From Limnochordia bacterium (GTDB lineage: Bacteria; Bacillota; Limnochordia; Darwinibacteriales; Darwinibacteriaceae): a stretch of DNA of 64,000 nt. Of the stretch, positions 19,643 to 33,600 are shown one piece after another. The notes below the pieces were generated by a model. It worked only from the letters and a program-made list of their open reading frames with translations, was not told the origin of the DNA and made no database searches. The DNA is taken from NCBI GenBank assembly GCA_050952265.1, contig JBMNKP010000005.1, forward strand, positions 130,974 to 194,973, read 5' to 3'. Made by a program: the position numbers and the translations under genes. Within the stretch, counting starts at the first letter, position 1. Each line of letters starts with the position of its first letter.

Positions 19643-20717
19643 ACGGCTTCTGCTGATTGCTGCGGCTTTCTGCATTCTGGCCTTCGCACACCAACCGGCT
19701 GGTGCCGATGATCTGTGGGATGAACTTCTGCCCTCCGGTCAGTATTACACCCTCCTTGACCCAGAAGGCGAGGTCCTTGTGGAAACCGGGCGGCGGATCT
19801 ACCTCGAGGATCAATACCTGACCAGCGATAACCGGCTCTATGAAGTCGTAGAAGTGGATGAGGAAAAGAACACGGCCCGCACTGAGCTTGTGGGCGAGAT
19901 CGAACTCAGGGTTACTCCCTGGTCCGAGCTCCGGCGGGAGTTGGGGCTGGCAGTCATCGAGGCGGCCGATCCCGAAACCAAGGGATCCATCGCGATCTAC
20001 CACACCCACAATGCTGAAAGCTACGTTCCCACCGATGGAACCGACTCCATCTACGGCAAAGGCGGGATCCACCATGTCGGGGGCGCGTTCGCTGAAGCCC
20101 TCCGCGAGCAAGGCATCACCGTACACTACTCCGAAACGCTGCATCTGCCCCACGACCGAGGAGCTTACAGGCGCTCCAGAGAAACGGTCCTAGAACTGAT
20201 AGCCAAAGAACCCGACGCCATTTTCGATGTGCACCGCGATGCCGCTCCGAGCAGCGCCTATGCCATCCAGCTTGAGGACCAGTGGATGACCAGCATCCAG
20301 TTTGTGGTAGGACGCCAGAATCAGAACCTGGGCGTGAACAGAAAGTATGCCGAGTCCTTGAAGAAACTGGCCGATGACCTCTATCCCGGCCTGGTCAAAG
20401 GTATCTTCTTCGGAAGGGGCAACTACAACCAGGACCTGAGCCCCCTCAGCCTGCTGCTCGAAGTTGGGGCCCATACCAACAGCAGGGGAGCGGCCGAGCG
20501 CGGAGCCTCCCTCTTCGCCGAAGTCGTGGACTACTACTTCTACGGGCCTGAGGCCGAAGCTGGAAGGCGCAGCCAAGGATCTGCCGCCTGGCGAAGCGTC
20601 TTCGGCCTGATCATCTTCGCAGCGGCCGGCACGGCTGCTTTCTACGTGGTCAACGCGGGAGGGTTTGCTGCGGCATTGGAGCGTCTCAAGGCAGCCTTTC
20701 GCCTGCGCAACCGCTAG
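19635..20717 (+). CDS. spoIIP: stage II sporulation protein P
   Basis: 360 aa with an N-terminal anchor and a SpoIIP amidase-like domain (AIYHTHNAESYVP..., FDVHRDA). Confidence 0.85.
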   Translation: MAKRLLLIAAAFCILAFAHQPAGADDLWDELLPSGQYYTLLDPEGEVLVETGRRIYLEDQYLTSDNRLYEVVEVDEEKNTARTELVGEIELRVTPWSELRRELGLAVIEAADPETKGSIAIYHTHNAESYVPTDGTDSIYGKGGIHHVGGAFAEALREQGITVHYSETLHLPHDRGAYRRSRETVLELIAKEPDAIFDVHRDAAPSSAYAIQLEDQWMTSIQFVVGRQNQNLGVNRKYAESLKKLADDLYPGLVKGIFFGRGNYNQDLSPLSLLLEVGAHTNSRGAAERGASLFAEVVDYYFYGPEAEAGRRSQGSAAWRSVFGLIIFAAAGTAAFYVVNAGGFAAALERLKAAFRLRNR

Positions 20718-20806
20718 GCCCGCACCGCACCGATCTTCACCTCCACGCAGGAAATCGCCTTCAAAAAGGCGAAGTCAGCAGGCAAATGCTGAACGGAGTG
20801 ATGGCA

Positions 20807-21895
20807 GTGAAGATCTTGCTGAGAGCCGTGATCGCGGTCGTGTTACTTGCTGTAGTGCTCGGTGGAGGCCTAGTCCTTTATCTCACCGTTACAGAGTACA
20901 AGCCGGACGCGGTCACACCTGTCCAGGTCCACCAGCATCAGGGTGAAACCGTGAACGTACAGGATGAGCTGACCATCACCAGCTTCAACATCGGTTATGC
21001 AGCCTTAGATAGCGATGTGGACTTCTTTATGGACGGCGGCAGCATGTCCAGGGGCTTGAGCAGAGAACGCGTCGAGCAGAATCTGGCCAAGATCATCAAC
21101 TTCCTTAACTCCACCGGCTCTGATCTCTACGTGCTCCAGGAGGTCGATGAAGAGAGCACGAGGAGTTACGGCGTCAACCAGAAGGAGCGCATCGCTCAAG
21201 CGCTGCCTGATTATGTCTACAGCTATGCTTTGAACTATCGAGTTGGGTGGGTTCCTGTCCCCCTGCTGCAGCCCATGGGCAGGGTTGCCAGCGGCCTCCA
21301 GACCCTTTCCCGTTTTACGGTACATGAGTCCACCCGCTACTCATTGGCCAGTGAGGAATCGTGGCCAACGAGCATCGCCCACCTCAAGCGCTGTCTGCTG
21401 GAAAGCAGGATCCCGGTGAGCAACGGTCGAGAGCTGGTCATTGCCAACATCCATCTCTCAGCCTACGATGCGGGAGGAAAGCTGCGCGATGCGCAGCTGG
21501 CCTTTTTGGAAGAATACGTACGCTCAGAAGCCGCCAACGGCAACTACGTGATCATCGGCGGAGACTGGAATCACCTCTTGGCCAGCAATCCCCAGGAGTT
21601 TAGGGCGCGCTTTTCAGCTAACTGGCCTTCTTGGCTTCAGCTCCTGCCTGAGGGCGTCTTATCCGAGTTCGTCTGGGCATATGACGAGAACATTCCTTCT
21701 GTGAGGAATCTCGACGCCTCCTACGACCCGCAGCGCACGTTTACCTGTACGATCGACGGCTTCCTGGTCTCTCCCAATGTGGAGGTCGTCAACGTGACCG
21801 GACACGATCTGGGGTTTGAGTTCAGCGATCACCATCCTGTTACCATGACTTTCAGACTCATAGACGACACGGAAACGGACGAGGAAGCAGAATAA
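20807..21895 (+). CDS. endonuclease/exonuclease/phosphatase (EEP) family membrane-anchored protein
   Basis: N-terminal TM helix. EEP motifs TSFNIGYA, LQEVD, GGDWNH and SDHHPV. Probable GTG start at 20807 (SD ggagtg); the tool ORF begins at 20786. Confidence 0.75.
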   Translation: MKILLRAVIAVVLLAVVLGGGLVLYLTVTEYKPDAVTPVQVHQHQGETVNVQDELTITSFNIGYAALDSDVDFFMDGGSMSRGLSRERVEQNLAKIINFLNSTGSDLYVLQEVDEESTRSYGVNQKERIAQALPDYVYSYALNYRVGWVPVPLLQPMGRVASGLQTLSRFTVHESTRYSLASEESWPTSIAHLKRCLLESRIPVSNGRELVIANIHLSAYDAGGKLRDAQLAFLEEYVRSEAANGNYVIIGGDWNHLLASNPQEFRARFSANWPSWLQLLPEGVLSEFVWAYDENIPSVRNLDASYDPQRTFTCTIDGFLVSPNVEVVNVTGHDLGFEFSDHHPVTMTFRLIDDTETDEEAE

Positions 21896-21909
21896 CACGG
21901 ATCAGCCTG

Positions 21910-21949
21910 AAAACGCCTCAGGGAGACGAAGACTTCTTGAGGCGTTTTT
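21910..21949. terminator. bidirectional terminator shared by the EEP gene (+) and the rRNA/tRNA-Asn operon (-)
   Basis: AAAACGCCTCAagggagacgaagacttcTTGAGGCGTTTTT. Confidence 0.85.
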
Positions 21950-21991
21950 CTTCTGGGCATGAAAAAAGACACCTTACGGTGTCGAGAAAAA

Positions 21992-22066
<75 letters not shown>

Positions 22067-22122
22067 GCGACCTCCAATGCGACACCGGGCAAACCAGCAG
22101 CACCGCATAGGAGTAAATTAGT

Positions 22123-22238
22123 TCTTGGCAGCTAGCTACTCTCCCACCACGAGATGTGGCAGTACCATCGCCGCTGAAGGGCTTAACTGCTGTGTTCGGA
22201 ATGGGAACAGGTGTCTCCCCTTCGCTATCGCCACCAAG
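22123..22238 (-). rRNA. rrf: 5S ribosomal RNA
   Basis: Reverse complement reads TCTTGGTGGCGATAGCGAAGGGG...CCGATGGTACTG...GCTGCCAAGA. Confidence 0.9.
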
Positions 22239-22279
22239 AAAATACCTTCAAAACTGCACAGCGTTGTCTCTTTTGGCTA

Positions 22280-25259
<2,980 letters not shown>

Positions 25260-25504
25260 TTCTTTTGGTCTTCCATTTTTTGAGACATCCTAAGAGTCAT
25301 CACGAACGCTCAGCTGCGCTTCACGTTCGTGTCGCAATCCCCCTCACACCTTGCGGTGCAGGCGAAATTGTGTTTTAACCCTTAAATCACGCTGTGCAGT
25401 TTTCAAGGTACGATCGCCTTGAACTACCAAACTTCCATCTTGAGTTTTCCATCCTGCGCTTGAGGAGAATAAGCCGGTCTGTGCTCTCCTTCTTTTTGGG
25501 TATT

Positions 25505-27046
<1,542 letters not shown>

Positions 27047-27240
27047 AGGTTTATCCTAGATTGCTCTAGGTTCATCTTCTTGAAAGCTTGAAACTAGCTG
27101 AAATTGTCCGGAGCTCACAAACTTATGGCTTATTCTCTTCAAACACAGAATGTGTGCTCAAGATTTCTGTTCGGTTGTCAAGGTGCTTGTAAAGCCCGCA
27201 CTGACCGCCTGTCCGGCGTTTTCGTGCGGAGCCAATGCCT

Positions 27241-27270
27241 AATATACCACCGATCATGCCCCGAATCAAG
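27241..27270 (-). promoter_or_regulatory. rRNA operon promoter candidate (TTGATT-18-TATATT)
   Basis: Minus strand reads TTGATTcggggcatgatcggtggTATATT about 200 nt upstream of mature 16S. Confidence 0.45.
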
Positions 27271-27361
27271 AACGTCGATTGGCATCTACGGTTGATTAGG
27301 TTCGCCTATCTTATCCTTGCTCTTTCTTTCGACGTTTTCCTACAAAAATCGCTTCAGCTGA

Positions 27362-27405
27362 TGAAAAAAGCCTGCTCAGGCAGGTAGGCCCGAACAGGCT
27401 TGGCA
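27362..27405 (-). terminator. lysS terminator
   Basis: Minus strand: GC-rich hairpin GCCAAGCCTGTTCGGGCCTACCTGCCTGAGCAGGC followed by TTTTTT. Confidence 0.65.
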
Positions 27406-27419
27406 AGTCAGATTCTCTC

Positions 27420-28910
27420 TCAGGAACGGGGCCGCATGTGCGGGAAAAGCAGTACATCACGGATGGATGGCGAATCGGTGAAGAGCATAACCATCCGGTC
27501 AATGCCCAGCCCCAGACCGCCTGCAGGCGGCATGCCGTACTCCAGGGCCCGGATGAAGTCTTCATCCATCATATGGGCTTCTTCATCACCAGCTTCGCGC
27601 TGGGCCATCTGCTGTCTGAACCGGTACTCTTGATCGATGGGATCGTTCAGCTCTGTGAAGCCGTTGGCCATCTCCCAGGTAACGATGAAAGGCTCAAAAC
27701 GATCGGTCAGTTTGGGGTTATCCTTCTTCCGCTTAGCCAGCGGGCTGACCTCAACCGGGTGGTCGGTGATGAACACGGGCTGGATCAGCTTCGGCTCTAC
27801 GAAGGCATCAAAGAACTCCTCAACAACGTTGGCGTACGAAGCATTCGCTTCCAGCGTGAGGCCCTTCTCCTTCGCCGCCTGTCTGGCCTGCCCATCGTTC
27901 ATACCTGTCAGGTCCACGCCGCAGTACTGTTTGATCGCCTCAAGCATGGGCAGCCTTGGCCATGGTGGCGTCAGATCGATTTCCTGACCCTGGAAGACGA
28001 TCTTATACGAACCGACCACTTTCTGTGCGATATAGGCAAAGATCTCCTCTGTCAGCTTCATCATATCCTGGGCGTCCCCATAGGCCTGGTACACTTCGCA
28101 GGACGTGAACTCTGGGTTGTGCTTCGTCGAGATACCTTCATTGCGGAAGTTCTTCCCGATCTCGAAGACCTTGTCAAAACCGCCGACCAGAAGGCGCTTC
28201 AGATACAGTTCTGGGGCTATCCTCAGATAGAGATCCATGTCCAACACATTGTGATGCGTAATAAAAGGCCGGGCACTCGCCCCGCCGGCGATGGGATGGA
28301 GGGTGGGGGTCTCAACCTCGATGAAGCCCCGCTCAACCAGAAATTCCCTGATACACTGGATGATCCTGCTGCGGGTTTCAAAGACTCGGCGAACCTCGGG
28401 GTTGACGATGAGGTCCACATATCGCTGACGGTAGCGGAGGTCCACATCCTTCAGGCCGTACCATTGCGAGGGCAGCGGCCGCAGCGACTTGGAGAGAAAC
28501 TTCATGTTGTGGACTTCGACGCTGATCTCCCCCCGGCGAGTGCGGAAGATCTTACCCCTGATCCCGAGGATGTCCCCAAGATCCACCTTCTCGAGCAGGC
28601 CGTACTGCTCCTCGCCCAGAACGTCGATGCGGAAATAGAGCTGGATCCGTCCGCTGCTGTCCATGAGATCGGCAAACGTGGCCTTCCCATGTGTGCGCAG
28701 AGACATGATCCGTCCGGCGATTGCGGTCTCCTGACCTTCCAGATCGGCGAAGTTTTCTAGGATCTGCTTGGCGGAGTGGGTGCACTCGAACTTCTCACCA
28801 AAGGGATCGATACCCAAGTCGATAAGGTCGCGCAGCTTCTCGCGCCTTACTGCCATCAGTTCATTGAGTTCTGTTCGGTCTTCCAGATGATCCATGTGCT
28901 CCTCGTTCAC
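27420..28910 (-). CDS. lysS: lysyl-tRNA synthetase
   Basis: 496 aa, full-length class II LysRS. GTG start with SD aggaggt. Confidence 0.95.
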   Translation of the reverse strand: MNEEHMDHLEDRTELNELMAVRREKLRDLIDLGIDPFGEKFECTHSAKQILENFADLEGQETAIAGRIMSLRTHGKATFADLMDSSGRIQLYFRIDVLGEEQYGLLEKVDLGDILGIRGKIFRTRRGEISVEVHNMKFLSKSLRPLPSQWYGLKDVDLRYRQRYVDLIVNPEVRRVFETRSRIIQCIREFLVERGFIEVETPTLHPIAGGASARPFITHHNVLDMDLYLRIAPELYLKRLLVGGFDKVFEIGKNFRNEGISTKHNPEFTSCEVYQAYGDAQDMMKLTEEIFAYIAQKVVGSYKIVFQGQEIDLTPPWPRLPMLEAIKQYCGVDLTGMNDGQARQAAKEKGLTLEANASYANVVEEFFDAFVEPKLIQPVFITDHPVEVSPLAKRKKDNPKLTDRFEPFIVTWEMANGFTELNDPIDQEYRFRQQMAQREAGDEEAHMMDEDFIRALEYGMPPAGGLGLGIDRMVMLFTDSPSIRDVLLFPHMRPRS

Positions 28911-28925
28911 GGACGTACCTCCTGT

Positions 28926-29405
28926 TTATCTCGCCACCTTCAGGATCTCATACTGCAGTACTCCGTCGAGGACCTCTACCTCCACGATCGTCCCGCAGGT
29001 CTTACCGATGATGGCTTGGCCGACGGGCGATTCGTTGCTGATCTTCATGGCTGCCGGGTCAGCTTCTGCCGAACCCACCAGCTGGTACTCCAGTATGTCC
29101 TGTGTCTGCAGATCTTTGAGCGTGACTTTCTTGCCTATTGACACCACGGTCTCGTCATCATCATCTTCTGTATCGATAACCTTAGCGTTGCGGAGCAGCT
29201 TCTCCAAGGTGAGGATTCTTCCTTCTATGAAGGCCTGTTCGTTTTTTGCATCTTCGTACTCTGAGTTCTCCGAAATATCGCCGAATTCCAGAGCTGCGCT
29301 GATCCGCTGAGCTATCTCACGCCGTTTCACGGTCTTCAGCTCTTCCAACTCGGCTTCAAGCTTTTTCAAGCCTTCTGGTGTCAGCAGAACTTCTTTATTA
29401 GCCAT
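28926..29405 (-). CDS. greA: transcription elongation factor GreA
   Basis: 159 aa with an N-terminal coiled coil and a C-terminal FKBP-like domain. Confidence 0.9.
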   Translation of the reverse strand: MANKEVLLTPEGLKKLEAELEELKTVKRREIAQRISAALEFGDISENSEYEDAKNEQAFIEGRILTLEKLLRNAKVIDTEDDDDETVVSIGKKVTLKDLQTQDILEYQLVGSAEADPAAMKISNESPVGQAIIGKTCGTIVEVEVLDGVLQYEILKVAR

Positions 29406-29483
29406 ACGCTCAATCTCCTTTATCGCGGCCTTGAACAGCAGGATATGCTACTTGCTGACGGACTCCCTCTCAATGCTCCATCT

Positions 29484-29533
29484 ATTATAGTTAACAGGGA
29501 TAGGGATGTCAAGAATCAGACAATCCCTATCCC
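29484..29533 (-). promoter_or_regulatory. greA consensus promoter (TTGACA-17-TATAAT) embedded in a perfect 10-bp inverted repeat
   Basis: Minus strand: GGGATAGGGAttgtctgattcTTGACATCCCTATCCCtgttaacTATAAT. The IR arms (29497-29506 and 29524-29533) flank and overlap the -35. Confidence 0.6.
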
Positions 29534-29561
29534 AGCCGCTTTCAGAGTATATTTCCAGTTA

Positions 29562-30476
29562 TTAGGCTCCCAGGATCTCCCGCCGCGGTTTAAAGCCAAT
29601 TTCATCCAACAGCTTGAGGTAGTCCTGAGACGTTATTTCGGGAACCGGCTTGTTGAGTATGGCCACGAGCAGTGCTTCCATCACGTTTGTCCCGAAGGAG
29701 CGCCCCGCAATATCGGGAGTGGTGGTGATCAGCTCCTTCGCTCTCCGCTCCCGCAGGAACTCCACGTCCTTTGGTGTGATCGTATTCGTGATGATGATCT
29801 TGCCCGTCAAATCGTCGGGCATATACTTGCGGATTTGATGGTAGTCACCGGTGATAATATCCGCCCAGGCGTAATACTTCTCGTACTTCTCGCGATTTGG
29901 CGCATCTTCCTGCTTGGAACCTGTGGGGTACAGCCACTTGAAGGGGAACTGGACCACAATCGGCGCAAAGACGGCAGCCACTTTCTCAAGAGTACTGAGC
30001 TTGTAGATGGGGATGGGCAGTCCCAAGGAAAACATGAGATCTCCGAAAAGGACCTTTTCTGCATCGGTTTTCGCCAGCGCCGCTGCCATTCCGAAGCGGT
30101 CCACCCCGCAGGTAAGCAGCACCTTCTTCCCCCTGAACATGGAAGGATCCTCTTTGGCCAGGGTCTCGATGGCTTTTCGCTCCAGCGTGTTCTTAAGACC
30201 AGAACCATCGACCATGGGGGTGATCTTTGGCGCCCGGGCGATCCTCTTGGCTTCCCTCAGGATGTAGCGGCGGTTGCCTCCCCACAGGTAAAGGTCGATG
30301 CCGCCCATCCCAAAGCAGGCAACCTTTCCGTCCAGCTCCTTGATGATCTCGATTGCCTTCTCCATGTCCCCATCGGTTCCGATGCGCTCGATGGAGAACT
30401 CCTCGCCGAGGATACGCACTACCGCCTTGCTGTCTCGTTTGGACGAGCCAATGCTGACACTCACTATCCGTCTCAT
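29562..30476 (-). CDS. conserved uncharacterized protein
   Basis: 304 aa, conserved in Firmicutes between greA and dusB. No confident family call from sequence alone. Confidence 0.5.
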   Translation of the reverse strand: MRRIVSVSIGSSKRDSKAVVRILGEEFSIERIGTDGDMEKAIEIIKELDGKVACFGMGGIDLYLWGGNRRYILREAKRIARAPKITPMVDGSGLKNTLERKAIETLAKEDPSMFRGKKVLLTCGVDRFGMAAALAKTDAEKVLFGDLMFSLGLPIPIYKLSTLEKVAAVFAPIVVQFPFKWLYPTGSKQEDAPNREKYEKYYAWADIITGDYHQIRKYMPDDLTGKIIITNTITPKDVEFLRERRAKELITTTPDIAGRSFGTNVMEALLVAILNKPVPEITSQDYLKLLDEIGFKPRREILGA

Positions 30477-30479
30477 CAG

Positions 30480-31031
30480 CTACTCCCCTTTGATCGATGT
30501 TATCAGCTTTCTAAGGCGTTCAGAACTGAAGTGGTGATCTTCTTGGATCGGCGATGGACCCAGGCATACTCCGACCACCTTCTCGCCCAGGATAGCTTCG
30601 GCCAAGCGGATACGCATATCGGAGCCGATCATGATCACATGGTCAAAGGCGCTCATCTCCACCATCAGGTCCATTAACCAGTTGAGCAGGCTCTTGCCGT
30701 CAAAGGACTCGATCAGTTCCCAGCGTTCCCTGTCAGTGAGCAGCAGGGTGTACTCCACACCCAGCTCGCCGCAGAGCGTCTTCAGTTCCGCAGTATTGCC
30801 CAGGGGAAAGCCGATAACTGCCAAACTGCCCCCCTTGCGGATCTCCGCCAGACTCTCCAAGCGCGATATGAACGTGCGGTCACACCCTACCCGCTGGGCC
30901 ACCTCCTGTTGAGAGAGCCCCGAGGTCCTCAGTTCGAAAATGCGGTCGATGGTCCGATCGAGTTTCGCCCGGTTGAGCAGTTTTTCTCCAACGCGAAAGA
31001 AGCCACTCATGACATCACCCGCTTTGTGCAC
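30480..31031 (-). CDS. HTH-domain putative transcriptional regulator
   Basis: 183 aa. N-terminal HTH (LSQQEVAQRVGCDRTFISRLE) plus a C-terminal uncharacterized domain. Confidence 0.5.
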   Translation of the reverse strand: MHKAGDVMSGFFRVGEKLLNRAKLDRTIDRIFELRTSGLSQQEVAQRVGCDRTFISRLESLAEIRKGGSLAVIGFPLGNTAELKTLCGELGVEYTLLLTDRERWELIESFDGKSLLNWLMDLMVEMSAFDHVIMIGSDMRIRLAEAILGEKVVGVCLGPSPIQEDHHFSSERLRKLITSIKGE

Positions 31032-31069
31032 ACATTGTTCACAGGTATTATAGCACGCCTTACAAAGGC

Positions 31070-31999
31070 CTACAATAGTTCTTTGAGCAGCCTTTCCATT
31101 TCCTGGCGGTTTTCTGCGGTGTTCAGCTCTCTGCGTATCGCGGACGAAAAGGGTACGCCCTTGAGATACCAGGCCAGATGGGGGCGCATCTCCCGCACGG
31201 CCCGTTCCTCGCCGTCAGCTTCGATCTTCATCTCCAGATGGCGCAGGGCCACGCCGATCCGCTCCTCCAAGCTTGGTGGAGGCAGAAGCTCGCCCGCGGC
31301 CAGGTACGCCTTAACCTGCTGGAAAATCCAGGGATTACCCTGTGCTCCCCTCCCGATCGCGATGTGATCGCAACTGGTTTGAGTAATCATCTCCCGGGCG
31401 TCCGCTGGTGTGTAGATGTCGCCGTTACCCACAATCGGCAGACGGCTGTTAGCCTTGATCGCCGCGATATACTCCCAGCGCGCCTTACCTGAGTAGAACT
31501 GCTCTCGAGTCCTGGCGTGAACAGTGATCCAGTGCACGCCGGCGTCTTCCAGGCGCCTCGCCACTTCTAAGCAGTTGATGCTGCGCTCATCCCATCCGAG
31601 CCGGATCTTGGCTGTGACTGGAATTGGCACGGCCCGCACCACTGCCGCAGCTATCCTGGAGAGCCGGTCCGGGTCTCTCAACAGTGCCGCGCCATCGCCG
31701 TTCTTCACCACCTTCGGTGTGGGACAGCCGAAGTTTAGGTCGATCATATCGGGCTGCACCTGCTCGAAAACCAACGCAGCTGCGGCAGCCATGACCTCTG
31801 GATCATGCCCGAAGAGCTGGATGGCGCAGGGGCGCTCCTCCTCGTGGATGGCCAGCATGTTCAAGGTACGTTGGTTCCGGTAGACAATGGCTTGAGCAGA
31901 GATCATCTCGCTCACCACCAGATCAGCTCCGTACTTCCGCGCCAAGAGCCTGTAAGGCAGATCGGTCACCCCCGCCATGGGTGCGAGAAAAACTCCCAC
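31070..31999 (-). CDS. dusB: tRNA-dihydrouridine synthase
   Basis: TIM-barrel Dus motifs LAPMAGVTD and NFGCP. GTG start at 31999 after SD aagggaggtg. The tool ORF extends to 32116. Confidence 0.85.
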   Translation of the reverse strand: MGVFLAPMAGVTDLPYRLLARKYGADLVVSEMISAQAIVYRNQRTLNMLAIHEEERPCAIQLFGHDPEVMAAAAALVFEQVQPDMIDLNFGCPTPKVVKNGDGAALLRDPDRLSRIAAAVVRAVPIPVTAKIRLGWDERSINCLEVARRLEDAGVHWITVHARTREQFYSGKARWEYIAAIKANSRLPIVGNGDIYTPADAREMITQTSCDHIAIGRGAQGNPWIFQQVKAYLAAGELLPPPSLEERIGVALRHLEMKIEADGEERAVREMRPHLAWYLKGVPFSSAIRRELNTAENRQEMERLLKELL

Positions 32000-32032
32000 T
32001 GAGCACACCTCCCTTGCTTCGTCTGTTTTCCC

Positions 32033-32058
32033 CAACAAAAAAGCAGGGATACCCCTGC
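32033..32058 (-). terminator. rpmE terminator
   Basis: Minus strand: GCAGGGGTATCCCTGC followed by TTTTTTGTTGG. Confidence 0.8.
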
Positions 32059-32094
32059 TCTTTGCTGGTCTCTTTTGAAATTGCTGCTGGTCCC

Positions 32095-32304
32095 TTACTC
32101 CTGATCCAGATTCCACCTGCTGCGGAAACGTTCAATCCTGCCGCCAGTGGTAGTTACGACCTGGCGCTGGCCCGTGTAGAAGGGGTGGCACTTAGAGCAC
32201 ACCTCAACCCTGATGTGCGGTTTGGTGGACCTGGTTTCAAACGTCTCTCCACATGCACAGGTTACGATGGCCTTTTCATACTTCGGATGTATTCCGGCTT
32301 TCAT
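32095..32304 (-). CDS. rpmE: 50S ribosomal protein L31
   Basis: 69 aa: [45 protein letters not shown]. Confidence 0.9.
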   Translation of the reverse strand: MKAGIHPKYEKAIVTCACGETFETRSTKPHIRVEVCSKCHPFYTGQRQVVTTTGGRIERFRSRWNLDQE

Positions 32305-32385
32305 CTGCTTCTTCACCTCACTAACCAAACTGGCAGAGCCACAGCCTATTGTAGCACAGGTCAGCCAGCCTGACAAGGTATCTGC

Positions 32386-33534
32386 CTATTTCAAGTAATT
32401 CTGCGGGTTGACAGGATTGCCGCGGTAACGGATCTCAAAGTGGACGTGCGGCCCCGTCGAGTTGCCCGTACTGCCAGAGTAGGCCACGACCTGTCCCCTG
32501 GTCACCTGCTGACCAACTTTCACGTTCAGGCGGGAGTTGTGGGCGTAACGGGTCTCCACGTTATTGCCGTGGTCGATGACGACCAAGATTCCGTAATCCC
32601 CGTTCCAGCCGGCATAGGTAACCTTGCCGTCAGCCGCAGCGCGTACCGCCGTTCCTGTGTTGACGGCAATGTCCAGACCGTTGTGCATGCGGCCCCAGCG
32701 CGGACCAAAGGTAGAGGAAATGCGCCCTGATACTGGCCAGTCGAAAGCCTTCTGCAGCTGCCCGTTCACGAGCAGGACGTCTTTCGGCCTGAGCTGGGTG
32801 GCTCCCGGTATGATCAGCTTCATGTTGGGCATGATGCGGCTGGGGTCAGTGATATTGTTAACCCTGGTAATTTCGTCGACAGGAACCTGGTAGCGTTGGG
32901 AGATCTCCCAGAGACTCTCGCCTGTAGCGACTTTGTGCAATACCCCCTGTACCGAAAGGATATTCAGTTCCTGACCCACGGAAAGCAAATTGGGATTCCT
33001 CAGATCGTTGGCCGAAATGATTGAATCCACCGATACTCCATAGGCATTGGCGATATCCCACAAAGTCTCCCCAGGATTGACCTTGTGCACGAAGACTGGT
33101 GGTTTGGCTTCCTCTTTCTTTTCTTCCTTCTTTTCTTCTTTCTTCTCTTCCACTTGAGGAGGTGCGGACACTGGAGGAGTGGCCACCTGCAGAGGTGAAT
33201 CCGCTCTGGAGGTTGCATCCTTGGCTGGCTGCTCCGTCAGTTCAGGAAGCGAAGCTACCGTGCCTGCATCCTTTGTGGTCTTGTTTTCAACCTCTTGAGC
33301 AGCTCCATCGAGGGCGGCTAGAGTCTGCACTGAGGATGAAGGTTGTCCAAAATCGTCTTGGGAGACAAGGCTGCTGTAGACGTACTCGTCCACATTAATG
33401 TAAACTACATCCACATCCCAATCGCTTCCACCGATGTGCATCCTGGTATCAACCTGGCCCAGGACGCCAAAGCTGAAGATCACTGCAAAAAGCAAGATGA
33501 CAAACCCTTTTCCGCGGATTAACCGCCTCCTCAT
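32386..33534 (-). CDS. LysM-domain M23 family peptidase
   Basis: Signal/TM, a KE-rich linker, two LysM domains, and an M23 domain (HNGLDIA, HVHFEIR). SD gagggagga before the ATG at 33534. Confidence 0.85.
   Translation of the reverse strand: MRRRLIRGKGFVILLFAVIFSFGVLGQVDTRMHIGGSDWDVDVVYINVDEYVYSSLVSQDDFGQPSSSVQTLAALDGAAQEVENKTTKDAGTVASLPELTEQPAKDATSRADSPLQVATPPVSAPPQVEEKKEEKKEEKKEEAKPPVFVHKVNPGETLWDIANAYGVSVDSIISANDLRNPNLLSVGQELNILSVQGVLHKVATGESLWEISQRYQVPVDEITRVNNITDPSRIMPNMKLIIPGATQLRPKDVLLVNGQLQKAFDWPVSGRISSTFGPRWGRMHNGLDIAVNTGTAVRAAADGKVTYAGWNGDYGILVVIDHGNNVETRYAHNSRLNVKVGQQVTRGQVVAYSGSTGNSTGPHVHFEIRYRGNPVNPQNYLK
33106..33150. repeat. short tandem KEE-encoding repeat (low-complexity linker of the M23 peptidase)
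   Basis: ttcttccttcttttcttctttcttctcttc encodes EEKKEEKKEEKKEE. Confidence 0.5.
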
Positions 33535-33600
33535 GACAAATCCTCCCTCGACTGGCAATAACCTACTTCGAACATTTCGACGCGTGTGCGGGATATCCTT

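Noticed and set aside
20718-20786. Hairpin TCGCCTTcaaaAAGGCGA between spoIIP and the EEP gene as a terminator.
   Set aside because: There is no downstream U-tract. It is more likely a weak attenuator or has no function, and the evidence is insufficient to call it.
33100-33160. CRISPR-like or short tandem repeat array.
   Set aside because: It is the coding KE-rich linker of the M23 peptidase (EEKKEEKK...). No spacer or repeat architecture and no cas genes.
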